Shown: positions 35,646 through 44,826 of the stretch, piece after piece
How the letters are laid out: each line of letters starts with the position of its first letter
How positions within the stretch are numbered: position 1 is the stretch's first letter
DNA from: Patescibacteria group bacterium
Lineage (GTDB): Bacteria; Patescibacteriota; Patescibacteriia; Magasanikbacterales; UBA922
Length of the DNA: 64,000 nucleotides
NCBI GenBank assembly: GCA_018823045.1
Contig: JAHJIX010000022.1
Coordinates: forward strand, 1,508 to 65,507
Direction: 5' to 3'
Translations under genes and position numbers: made by a program
The notes under the pieces: model-generated
What the model was told of the DNA's origin: nothing
Seen by the model: only the letters and a program-made list of their open reading frames with translations
Database searches by the model: none

Positions 35646-36716
35646 TTATATCAAGATATTATTTATAAGAGCCAAAATATTTCTTGTTGCATTATTTTGT
35701 GTATATTTTTTTCTAATCTCTTCTATATTTTCTATATATCTTTTTTCGTTTTTTATATACTTACCTACTATTTCTTTTAAATCAATTTTTGTATAAATAC
35801 CCTTAGATAATCCAAATCTATTACTAGGCAAAACGTTCTCAGATGATGTCACATTTGGCTGATAACTAATTACTGGGATACCCATAAGTGCTGCCTGAAA
35901 CAATATCATACTATTCATCCCGATAACAAATTTCGCTTGGTATAAACTTTCTTGTGTTGGAGTGTCAATTATCTGTATATCAATAGTAGATGATTCTATA
36001 ACTTCTCTAAATTTTTCTTTATCCTTTGCTCTTGGATGTAACCCAACATGAATTGGAACTATGACATTTAATTCGGTACACACCTCAATAATATCTTTCA
36101 ATACTTGCACTTCATCAAATACTGGAGCTGTTATTGACTCGTCTTTTGCATGAAACACTTCTGAAAATGGTTGTGACACAAACAATATATACTCTTCTTC
36201 TTTATTTTCTATGACTCTATCACCGAAACCGTCAAAAAACGGATTCCCTGTTACTTGTATAATATCTTCTGGAATACCTTCTGCTATCATTTCCATCTTC
36301 ATTTCTATATCTACCGCACACACACTATTTGAGAGATATTTCAAATCAGTTGTTTTGGGAGTAGAAAAACGCATAGCATAATTACTCCAAAAATCAACAA
36401 TCGATACAGAATGAATACCCCGCATATTTGCTTCTTGAATACAATACTTTTCAAGACTCATCCCCATACTTGTACCTGTCACAACAACATTAATATCATG
36501 TTGTTCAAAAAAATCATGAACAACAACTAAACTATCTTCTGAAGCATCCACATACTCTACCTTATGTTTACCTGCAAACAAACAGGCTTCTTCTGCAAAT
36601 AGCGCAAAAACAACATGTCGTTGAGACAAGGATACCGATTGTATTAATGGAAATATAGCGTTAAATCCTCCTGGATTTTGCGCCACAAATAATATGTTAT
36701 GTTGCTTCTGTTTCAT
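35646..36716 (-). CDS. GT-B-fold protein, candidate PseG-like UDP-sugar hydrolase / glycosyltransferase-28-like
   Basis: 356 aa with a two-Rossmann-lobe-like organisation. The call rests mostly on position between the cytidylyltransferases and the DegT/NeuB genes. Sequence evidence is weak. Confidence 0.3.
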   Translation of the reverse strand: MKQKQHNILFVAQNPGGFNAIFPLIQSVSLSQRHVVFALFAEEACLFAGKHKVEYVDASEDSLVVVHDFFEQHDINVVVTGTSMGMSLEKYCIQEANMRGIHSVSIVDFWSNYAMRFSTPKTTDLKYLSNSVCAVDIEMKMEMIAEGIPEDIIQVTGNPFFDGFGDRVIENKEEEYILFVSQPFSEVFHAKDESITAPVFDEVQVLKDIIEVCTELNVIVPIHVGLHPRAKDKEKFREVIESSTIDIQIIDTPTQESLYQAKFVIGMNSMILFQAALMGIPVISYQPNVTSSENVLPSNRFGLSKGIYTKIDLKEIVGKYIKNEKRYIENIEEIRKKYTQNNATRNILALINNILI

Positions 36717-37998
36717 ATTTTTTTAATGCATCAATATGATATTCGATTTTTTTTATTGCCTGGATAAATAAATCCATATCTTCTTTTGTGCGTGGATGAT
36801 GACAAATACCTGTAAAAATAAAATCTTCATCAAATAAACGATCTGTTACTGGACAAATTCCTTTATCATACGAAACATCGGTAAGATATTCAGTTGAAAC
36901 AAATGGAAACTGACTATGCGGAAACATACGTTTTTTCTGATATACAGGCATTAAATACAACGGTTTTACATATCCCTCGTTAATAGGAAATCCTTCAGCC
37001 TTCATTGCTTCAGCAAATACACGCCTACTTATCCCAATATTTTCTATGATAAATTTCATGGGATACACATAAAATACATGCCGTGTTTCTGGCAAAATAT
37101 ATGCCCCATTGATCCAATCAATATGTTGAAGTTGCTCACTTAAATATAAGGCTAAATCAACTCGCGTTTTATTTAATTTCTCCATTTTCTTTAATTGTTC
37201 AATTGCCACCGCTGCATGTAATTCACTTAAACGATAATTACTTCCTACAATCGGATAAAAATCTTCTCCAGCACTCACAAGATCATCCATAACCACTTCT
37301 CCATGATTACGAACTAACTGAGCTCTCTGAGCATATTTATTATTATTTGTTACCAAGACTCCCCCTTCACCACATTGAATATGTTTATGAACATTAAAAC
37401 TAAATACACCAATATCCCCTATTGTTCCAAGATGCTGTCCTTTATATGTACCACCAATTGCCTGAGCATTATCCTCAATAACAATAAGACTATATTTTTG
37501 AGCAATAGCAAGCAATTCATCATACCGTGCTGAACCACCAAAGATATTGACCACCAAAATAGCTTTAGTTCTTTCTGTAATTAACTTTTCTACTTCTTTT
37601 GGATTCAAACAATATGTATCATCTTCAATATCTGCAAATACAGGAATCGCATTATTTAAAAGAATTGCTGAAGCTGTGGCACTCATTGTATATGGGGAAG
37701 TAATCACTTCATCTCCAGGTCCAACTCCTGCTGCAGTTACTGCCGCTTGTAAAGCTGTTGTAGCAGAATTAAAACTCACAGAATATTCAACACTAAACAT
37801 ATCACACATGAGCTTTTCAAATGCTAATACATACTCTCCACCACAAAACTTATCCCCTGCACGCCCGATGAAATCTGAAATAATCTTTTTATCCATAACC
37901 TCAATGACGGCTTGTTTTTCTTCTTCTCCAAGAGGATTATGTATGGGATACGGTTGTTCTAATACAGGTGTACCACCTAATAAAGCTAATTGATCCAT
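36697..37998 (-). CDS. DegT/DnrJ/EryC1/StrS-family PLP-dependent sugar aminotransferase
   Basis: 433 aa. SVSFNSATTALQAAVTAAGVGPGDEVITSPYTMSATASAIL...AIPVFADIED is the family signature. FSFNVHKHIQCGEGG carries the PLP lysine. Confidence 0.8.
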   Translation of the reverse strand: MDQLALLGGTPVLEQPYPIHNPLGEEEKQAVIEVMDKKIISDFIGRAGDKFCGGEYVLAFEKLMCDMFSVEYSVSFNSATTALQAAVTAAGVGPGDEVITSPYTMSATASAILLNNAIPVFADIEDDTYCLNPKEVEKLITERTKAILVVNIFGGSARYDELLAIAQKYSLIVIEDNAQAIGGTYKGQHLGTIGDIGVFSFNVHKHIQCGEGGVLVTNNNKYAQRAQLVRNHGEVVMDDLVSAGEDFYPIVGSNYRLSELHAAVAIEQLKKMEKLNKTRVDLALYLSEQLQHIDWINGAYILPETRHVFYVYPMKFIIENIGISRRVFAEAMKAEGFPINEGYVKPLYLMPVYQKKRMFPHSQFPFVSTEYLTDVSYDKGICPVTDRLFDEDFIFTGICHHPRTKEDMDLFIQAIKKIEYHIDALKKYETEAT

Positions 37999-38007
37999 AT
38001 AATCTAT

Positions 38008-38649
38008 TTATCCTTTATAAATTTTTAATATGTATTTTTTTCCACCACGATAAAAAAATGCTGGATACTTTTCATTATCAACAACACGAAAAAGATTAAA
38101 CTGTTCATTTATAGTTTTATTTAGATCTAATTCACTATCTTTAGGAGTTCTTTTTGAATAAAACGTTTCTTTTCCTTGTTGTTCATATCCATTTTCAATA
38201 CCTTTTGGATATGTTTTTATAAAATTAATAATTAAATCATTAATTGCATTTCCTTGTATATCATGAAGCTCATCCAATAATTCATTTCCAATAAAATGCA
38301 TAACATTTTGTGCATAAATTGTTCCAGCATCAACAGAATCTACTGCTTTAAATAATGTATTTGTTACAGATGTTTCTCCAGCGAGAATACTCCACGTTAA
38401 TGGAGACCACCCCTTTCCTTCAGGTAACGCACTTGAGTGAACAACTAAACTATGAGTATGCAAATCCCTTATTGATTTTTTCATGATCTTTTCACAACTC
38501 AGAAAAAAAGCAATATCTCCTTTCTCCATATTATCAATACTATGTACAAGAGATACAACATGTCCATAGCTCATTAATTGTGTTTGTAACTGTCTTGCAT
38601 ATGATAAATACCAACTTTTTGGATTATCCATCAATAAAGTGATTTTCAT
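38008..38649 (-). CDS. Formyltransferase-domain protein (Fmt/PurN/ArnA-N-like; candidate sugar N-formyltransferase)
   Basis: 213 aa. Catalytic motif HSLVVHSSALPEGKGWSPLTWSILAGE (HxSxLPxxRG-like with N..H..D). The downstream SVDAGTIYAQ (D.G.I) motif is present. Confidence 0.65.
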   Translation of the reverse strand: MKITLLMDNPKSWYLSYARQLQTQLMSYGHVVSLVHSIDNMEKGDIAFFLSCEKIMKKSIRDLHTHSLVVHSSALPEGKGWSPLTWSILAGETSVTNTLFKAVDSVDAGTIYAQNVMHFIGNELLDELHDIQGNAINDLIINFIKTYPKGIENGYEQQGKETFYSKRTPKDSELDLNKTINEQFNLFRVVDNEKYPAFFYRGGKKYILKIYKG

Positions 38650-38660
38650 ATAATGAAATA

Positions 38661-39725
38661 TTATTTTTCTACATGATCCAAGGATAAAGGTGTTCCTCGT
38701 TCAAGATCTTGTGTTACTATTTTACCTAAAATACTTGGGAGTTCCTTTGGATCTAAACCATAACCTGGACGAATCACACGAACATGCTCTCTTGTGATAG
38801 GTTCTCCTTGTTTTATATCTTTCACAACAAAAATAGAACGACGAAACACAAGATTTTCTTTTTCTTTTTCTCCAATTTCATAAGAAACAGTACCCATAGC
38901 TTTTGACACATCTTGAACAGTATCTACCAATGCCTTTAATTCATCCGGTTCTAATGAAAAAGCAGCATCAGGACCACCTGCTGAACGATCTAAGGTAATA
39001 TGCTTTTCTAGTACAGCAGCACCATTTGCAACTGCGGCAGTTGCTGCTACTAATCCTAAGCTATGATCAGATAATCCAGAAATTACATTAAATCTTTTAG
39101 GTATATCAGCCACCGTAGCTACATTCATTTGCTCTAAATTTGCAGGGTATGAGCTAATACAGTGTAAAACAATAACTTCTGGGCACCCAGATGATTTTAA
39201 TGTATCAATAGCACGTTGAATTTCTGGCTCACTTGTTAACCCACGAGACATAATCACAGGTTTTTTGGTTGAACCAATTTTCTTTAATAATTCCAAATCA
39301 CCAGTTTCAAATGATGCTACTTTATATAACTCTACGCCAAGTTCTTCTAAAAAATCAACGGCTGTTTCATCAAAAGGAGTAGAAAAAACAATTAATCCTT
39401 TTTCTTCACCATATGCTTTTAGCTCTTCATGCCATTCCCAAGGTGTATAAGCTGTTTTATATAATTCATATAATGTTTTTCCTGCCCAAGCATCATTTAC
39501 TTTTACCTGAAAATAGTCATTATCACAATCAATTGTTAACGTATCAGGTGTATATGTTTGTAATTTAACCGCATCTGCACCAGCATCTGCCGCAGCGTCA
39601 ATTAAGGCAAATGCTTTATTAATATCATGATTATGATTACCTGATAATTCAGCAATAACAAATACAGGATGCCCTTCACCTATATACCGATCCCCTTTTG
39701 GTGTTTGTATTTTAATTGAATTCAT
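38661..39725 (-). CDS. N-acylneuraminate-9-phosphate/nonulosonic acid synthase family (NeuB/PseI/LegI) with C-terminal SAF domain
   Basis: 354 aa. The N-terminal VFVIAELSGNHNHDINKAFALIDAAADAGADAVKLQT is the canonical NeuB TIM-barrel signature. The C-terminal FRRSIFVVKDIKQGEPITREHV is a SAF/antifreeze-like domain. Confidence 0.88.
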   Translation of the reverse strand: MNSIKIQTPKGDRYIGEGHPVFVIAELSGNHNHDINKAFALIDAAADAGADAVKLQTYTPDTLTIDCDNDYFQVKVNDAWAGKTLYELYKTAYTPWEWHEELKAYGEEKGLIVFSTPFDETAVDFLEELGVELYKVASFETGDLELLKKIGSTKKPVIMSRGLTSEPEIQRAIDTLKSSGCPEVIVLHCISSYPANLEQMNVATVADIPKRFNVISGLSDHSLGLVAATAAVANGAAVLEKHITLDRSAGGPDAAFSLEPDELKALVDTVQDVSKAMGTVSYEIGEKEKENLVFRRSIFVVKDIKQGEPITREHVRVIRPGYGLDPKELPSILGKIVTQDLERGTPLSLDHVEK

Positions 39726-39733
39726 ATATACTA

Positions 39734-40354
39734 TTACTTAAATAAATAAGTTCCATCTTTGATCTGTTGTATTCCTTGTTCTTCTTTTTTTTGTAAATTA
39801 TTCATCCAACTACTAGCATATACCTTTTCAATATGATCTTTCCACCGAGTAGGATCCATGTTTATACATAATTCCTCAGCGAGAACGAATATTGTTTGTA
39901 TATCATTATAAAAAGCTAACTCTTTTTTATATGTAATCATTGCTTTAATCCTTGGAATATGATAATCACTACTGATTATTGTAACTGATCCAACATCATT
40001 TTTTTTTAATAAATCAATACTATATAACAATTGTTCATACGTATTATTTGATTGTTCTTCACCAATAATTTTATCCTCTGGTATTTCCATATCTATCAAC
40101 TCTTGTAAAACAATCGTATAAATACTTGGATGAACCACATCTGCTAAATTTTTATCATTCCCTTTACCACCTGGCACCATAATATAATCAAATTCTTTTT
40201 GATCAAAAAGATATTTTGTAGCCCATAAACGAGTCTCTCCCCCAGGTGCAAATCCCTTTCCTAACGGATTTTCTAATTGAGTGCTGATCCAATTTCCTTG
40301 ACTATCTTGAATGATACCAGCACTAAGAAATAATAAAGCATGTCTCATACACAC
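39734..40354 (-). CDS. DUF218 (YdcF/ElyC-like) domain protein
   Basis: 206 aa. YIMVPGGKGN together with IISSDYHIPRIKAM (the SxYHMxR-type DUF218 motif). Confidence 0.5.
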   Translation of the reverse strand: MCMRHALLFLSAGIIQDSQGNWISTQLENPLGKGFAPGGETRLWATKYLFDQKEFDYIMVPGGKGNDKNLADVVHPSIYTIVLQELIDMEIPEDKIIGEEQSNNTYEQLLYSIDLLKKNDVGSVTIISSDYHIPRIKAMITYKKELAFYNDIQTIFVLAEELCINMDPTRWKDHIEKVYASSWMNNLQKKEEQGIQQIKDGTYLFK

Positions 40355-41643
40355 TATCTTACCTTAAAAATATTAGTAATAGGCTCGCCTTTTAGGGATT
40401 CTTTTAATTTACCAGTATCTAATAGCTGCTTAAGCTGTGGAAATAATTCATCATATGCTTGTAATAAATCATCCAGATGCTCTTGTGTATGACTAAAACT
40501 CATATTATGTTGCCCATACCACAAAAATCCACGTGCCAAAATCTCCTGCTGCATATAACTTTTTATTTCAATTCCTGTAGCATGATCTGTATCTTCAACA
40601 AATAATATACTCCAAAATGGTCGCCCTTTTAAAGAAAGAATTGATGACAAATTATGTTTTTCAATTAACTCAATGGTCTTTTCTTTTAGATAGATACCTT
40701 TTTTTTCTACTTCTTGCACAACATCTTTTTCTTCAATTTCCTTAATAGTTGCTAAAGATGCTGCAATTGACAATGCTTCACCACCATAGGTAAATGAATA
40801 AAAAATATCATCTATTTTTTGCATATACTCCTTTTTCCCCACTAAAGCAGAAATTGGCATCCCATTTGCCATTGATTTTCCAAAAGTAGCTAGATCTGGG
40901 GTAACCCCAAATAATGCTTGTGCACCACCCAGTCCAAAACGAAATCCAGTAATCACTTCATCAAATATAAGTAAAGCACCATGCTTATGAGCTAATTCTT
41001 TTACTTTTTTTAAAAAATCATCTTCAGGTTCCTCATAATTCATTGCCTCCATAATAACAGCGGCAATATTACCCTCATTCTTTTTTAAAATCACTTCAAG
41101 AGAATCAATATCATTATATGTAAATTTATGAGTCAATGCTCTTGTGCTCTCAGGAACCCCTAAATGCCGCGTAGTTGATCCAATATACCAGTCATGCCAT
41201 CCATGATAGCCACAGACGGCCACATGATCTCTCCTGGTAACTGCTCGAGCAACCCGAATAGCACCACTGGTTACATCTGAACCATTTTTCCCAAAACGGA
41301 CCATTTCTGCACAAGGGATAATATCAATCAACTTTTGTGCTAATTCTGACTCCAAAACAGAAGGCAAAGAAAAATTAATTCCTTTTCCAAGTTGTTCAAT
41401 GATGGAATCATTTACTGGTTTATAATTATATCCTAAATAAACAGATAATAACCCATTAATAAAATCAATGTATTTATTTCCATCAACATCCCAAATATAC
41501 GCCCCATCTGCATGTGTGACAAATAATGGTGCTTGCCCTTTAATATACTGCAAATAACTTTTACTAAATGTTTGTGTCGCAAGTGGAATAACCTTCTTCA
41601 CTTCCTCTAACATTTCATTACTTTTTTGATATCGATTACTCAT
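40354..41643 (-). CDS. Class III PLP-dependent aminotransferase (glutamate-1-semialdehyde 2,1-aminomutase-like)
   Basis: 429 aa. LIFDEVITGFRFG together with TFGKSMANGMPISALVG (PLP-lysine region) marks the class III aminotransferase fold. Confidence 0.8.
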   Translation of the reverse strand: MSNRYQKSNEMLEEVKKVIPLATQTFSKSYLQYIKGQAPLFVTHADGAYIWDVDGNKYIDFINGLLSVYLGYNYKPVNDSIIEQLGKGINFSLPSVLESELAQKLIDIIPCAEMVRFGKNGSDVTSGAIRVARAVTRRDHVAVCGYHGWHDWYIGSTTRHLGVPESTRALTHKFTYNDIDSLEVILKKNEGNIAAVIMEAMNYEEPEDDFLKKVKELAHKHGALLIFDEVITGFRFGLGGAQALFGVTPDLATFGKSMANGMPISALVGKKEYMQKIDDIFYSFTYGGEALSIAASLATIKEIEEKDVVQEVEKKGIYLKEKTIELIEKHNLSSILSLKGRPFWSILFVEDTDHATGIEIKSYMQQEILARGFLWYGQHNMSFSHTQEHLDDLLQAYDELFPQLKQLLDTGKLKESLKGEPITNIFKVR

Positions 41644-42772
41644 ATGTTTCCATAATATGTTTTAAGGTACCAATAACATGATTTTGTTCTTCACGAGTCA
41701 TTTTTGGGAAAATTGGCAATGAAAAACATCGTGAATAATACTCGTCTGCATGTACTAAATACTTTTGTTCACCTAATACCTTTTTAAATAAAGGATGAAT
41801 ATGTACTGGCACATGATGTACTTGTACCCCAATACCGGCTTCACGCATCGCATCAAAAATTTCTTTTCTATGTTCTTTTAATACCTGAATAACATATAAA
41901 TGCCATGCTGAGCGAACAGTATCATCAACAGTTGGCAAAACAATATTTGATACGTCTTTTAGTTGTTCATTATAATATGTGGCTTGCTTATTTCTTTTTT
42001 CTATAAATGTATCTAATTGTTTTAATTGAGAAATACCCAGTGCGGCTTGCATATCTGTCATACGATAATTATATCCAAGCTCACATGTCTCAAAATACCA
42101 ATCACCATGATATTCTTCTAATAATTCAGGATCTTTTGTCACACCATGTGTGCGCAGACGCATCATTTTTTCATATAGTTCCTTATCATTCGTTAAAATA
42201 GCCCCACCTTCACCTGTTGTAATTGATTTTACTGGATGAAAACTAAATACAGCGGCGTTACTTTGTGTGCAGCTTCCTATCTTTTTATTTTTATATGTTG
42301 CACCCAGAGCTTGACAACTATCTTCAATCACTAATAAATTATGCTTCTTTGCAATACGCTCGATAGTATCTATATCAACAGGATGACCTGCAAAATGAAC
42401 AAGTGAAATTGCTTTTGTACTTGGAGTAATCAAAGATTCAATTTTTTCTACATCAATATTATATCTTTTTGGATCTATATCACAAAATACAGGAGTAGCA
42501 CCAACCACCAATAACATATTACTTGTTGCAACGAACGTATTTGGGGTTGTAATGACTTCATCTCCCTCACCAATGCCCAATCCAAGATAAGCAACATGCA
42601 ATGCAGTAGTTCCATTAGACACGGCTACTGCATATTTTGCACCACAATATGCAGCTAATTTTTCTTCAAACTCTTTTAACTTTGGTCCTTGTGTTAACCA
42701 ATCAGATCGAAGTGCCTCAACTACCGCATGAATATCTTCTTCTTCAATGGATTGTCTTCCATATGGAATCAT
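41636..42772 (-). CDS. DegT-family aminotransferase, PseC/LegC-like (UDP-4-keto-6-deoxy-HexNAc 4-aminotransferase)
   Basis: DegT signature AVSNGTTALHVAYLGLGIGEGDEVITTPNTFVATSN...ATPVFCDID and FSFHPVKSITTGEGG. The start was chosen at MIPYGRQ, which gives an ATGA overlap with the stop of the upstream dehydratase gene. The longer ORF reaches 42814. Confidence 0.85.
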   Translation of the reverse strand: MIPYGRQSIEEEDIHAVVEALRSDWLTQGPKLKEFEEKLAAYCGAKYAVAVSNGTTALHVAYLGLGIGEGDEVITTPNTFVATSNMLLVVGATPVFCDIDPKRYNIDVEKIESLITPSTKAISLVHFAGHPVDIDTIERIAKKHNLLVIEDSCQALGATYKNKKIGSCTQSNAAVFSFHPVKSITTGEGGAILTNDKELYEKMMRLRTHGVTKDPELLEEYHGDWYFETCELGYNYRMTDMQAALGISQLKQLDTFIEKRNKQATYYNEQLKDVSNIVLPTVDDTVRSAWHLYVIQVLKEHRKEIFDAMREAGIGVQVHHVPVHIHPLFKKVLGEQKYLVHADEYYSRCFSLPIFPKMTREEQNHVIGTLKHIMETYE

Positions 42773-43755
42773 ATATTTTGAATAATATCTAAAAACTCTT
42801 CTTTTTTTATCCAACTATCATTTTTATCACTTCTAAACATAAATCCTTCTGAAAGCAATTGTCCCTCATCTTTATATTTTTTATATTTTTCTTCTCCTAA
42901 AAATTCAGGAAGTATTACATAATGTTTATCTAACTCTACTGTATGCCGTGCTTCTTGTTCTGTCACGAGTACCTCATGAATTTTTTCTCCCGGACGAATA
43001 CCCATATTTTTTTTAACTACTCCAGGGGCCATAGCATCTAATAAATCCACGATACTCATACTTGGTGCTTTTGGAATAAAAATTTCTCCTCCTTCCATTT
43101 GACCCAATCCATACATCACTAATTCACAAGCTTGCTTGAGTGTTAACCAAAATCGTGTCATTCTCTCATCGGTAATAAATACCTCATCAAGTGTACCTTC
43201 AGATTTTTTTTGCAATAATGTATCAACTATACTTCCGCGACTGCCAATAACATTTCCATAACGCACACAAGAAAATTTTGTTCTTCCACCTGCATACACA
43301 TTACCACTCACAATTAATTTTTCAGCACATAACTTAGTCGATCCATACAAATTAGCAGGTTCAGCCGCTTTATCTGTCGAAATAAGCAAAACTTTTTCTA
43401 TATGTTGATCTATCGCAGCCTCAATAATATTTTGAGTCCCGAGCACATTTGTTTTTATCGCTTCAGTTGGGTTATATTCAAGTGTTGGGACTTGTTTAAG
43501 TGCTGCTGCATGCACAACAATATCAACCCCATGAAATGCACGTTGCAAACGTGAAACATCTCTAATATCACCCAAGAAAAAACGAACCCGATCATCTTGA
43601 ATTTCTTTTGCAAGGTGATATTGTTTTAATTCATCACGACTAAAAATAATCACCTTTTTTACTTCTGTGTTATTTAACAAAAAATGAGTAAAACTCTTCC
43701 CAAATGATCCAGTTCCGCCTGTAATAAGTACTGTTTTATTTTCTAAAAATTTCAT
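42769..43755 (-). CDS. UDP-N-acetylglucosamine 4,6-dehydratase (inverting/retaining; PseB/FlaA1/CapD family)
   Basis: 328 aa. The N-terminal KTVLITGGTGSFGKSF...VIIFSRDELKQ is the PseB/FlaA1 signature. The catalytic YGSTKLCAEK (YxxxK) is present. Confidence 0.85.
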   Translation of the reverse strand: MKFLENKTVLITGGTGSFGKSFTHFLLNNTEVKKVIIFSRDELKQYHLAKEIQDDRVRFFLGDIRDVSRLQRAFHGVDIVVHAAALKQVPTLEYNPTEAIKTNVLGTQNIIEAAIDQHIEKVLLISTDKAAEPANLYGSTKLCAEKLIVSGNVYAGGRTKFSCVRYGNVIGSRGSIVDTLLQKKSEGTLDEVFITDERMTRFWLTLKQACELVMYGLGQMEGGEIFIPKAPSMSIVDLLDAMAPGVVKKNMGIRPGEKIHEVLVTEQEARHTVELDKHYVILPEFLGEEKYKKYKDEGQLLSEGFMFRSDKNDSWIKKEEFLDIIQNI

Positions 43756-43773
43756 AAGATAACACGAAATAGT

Positions 43774-44823
43774 TTATATATAATATTCATTTTTAAATTG
43801 CTCAACATCTTGTTCAAAACATGTTCTAGAAAAATATTTGATTCCACGATACTGCGATATATATTTACCATGAAACCCACGTTTAAATGTTGCAATATTT
43901 AACTGTTTTTTATCTGGATAATAGTCCCATTGTGCAGAAGGGCTTGCTGGCTGCCCAACATCAATATATACGATATTATTATTTTGTGCATACTCCATAG
44001 CACGAAATAATAACATGTGATAAAGAGGAAAATTCGTATATTCAGGATCATCTACCCCTGAATAATAAATAGCCTTCCCAAAAGCATGTTCAAAATACGC
44101 ATAAGCAATGTTTTTTCCCTTATACGATAATCCTACAAGAAATGCTTTTCCCTTTTTTAATAGATCAAACTGTATATCAAAGGTTTCTTTTGATCGAGTC
44201 ACCCCTCCAGAACATTTTGCATGTAATGCACGATATTCTTCATGTAAATCATATGAACTATTTGTGTGATCAATTACAAATGCAGAAATATCTGGATTAA
44301 GTTGCATATGTTTTATATCACATCGATGCCCTTTCCTGCAAGATTTTAATATATCATCTGGTGGTAATAACTCAATACGATAAGATAAAATAGATGTATC
44401 TAAATAATTATAACTTTGCAGATAATTAAAGTCAACGTTATCTTGTAAAGGATCAATAGAAAAAAGCACTTTATCGGCACTTTCTTCTTGAGCGATATTA
44501 TCTATGATAGAAAATACCTTTTTTTCAACTCTTTTACTTTCAATACACAGTGGTGCTGGCAAATATCCTTGCGCTGCAGTTGCACTTGTTATTCCCTCAT
44601 GTTTTTCTATCAACAAAAATACACATCCAAGTACTTGACCACTCTCTATATAAATAAAACTCTTGTCTTTTTGAAAAAAGCCTCTTTCTTGAGATAAAAT
44701 ACGAACAGTCTCAATATTTTCATCAAAATATCTAAAATCTGCTTTTTGTTCTTGAACAAAAGAATTCCAATATGTTAAAAACAATGATTCATCATCTTGT
44801 CTATACAGAATAACATTAGACAT
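43774..44823 (-). CDS. Hypothetical protein, possibly FemAB/GNAT-fold acyl/aminoacyl-transferase
   Basis: 349 aa. The C-terminal IVYIDVGQPA...NIATFKRGFHGK resembles the FemABX-family C-terminal FK..fGG region. The assignment is tentative. Confidence 0.35.
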   Translation of the reverse strand: MSNVILYRQDDESLFLTYWNSFVQEQKADFRYFDENIETVRILSQERGFFQKDKSFIYIESGQVLGCVFLLIEKHEGITSATAAQGYLPAPLCIESKRVEKKVFSIIDNIAQEESADKVLFSIDPLQDNVDFNYLQSYNYLDTSILSYRIELLPPDDILKSCRKGHRCDIKHMQLNPDISAFVIDHTNSSYDLHEEYRALHAKCSGGVTRSKETFDIQFDLLKKGKAFLVGLSYKGKNIAYAYFEHAFGKAIYYSGVDDPEYTNFPLYHMLLFRAMEYAQNNNIVYIDVGQPASPSAQWDYYPDKKQLNIATFKRGFHGKYISQYRGIKYFSRTCFEQDVEQFKNEYYI

Positions 44824-44826
44824 ATC

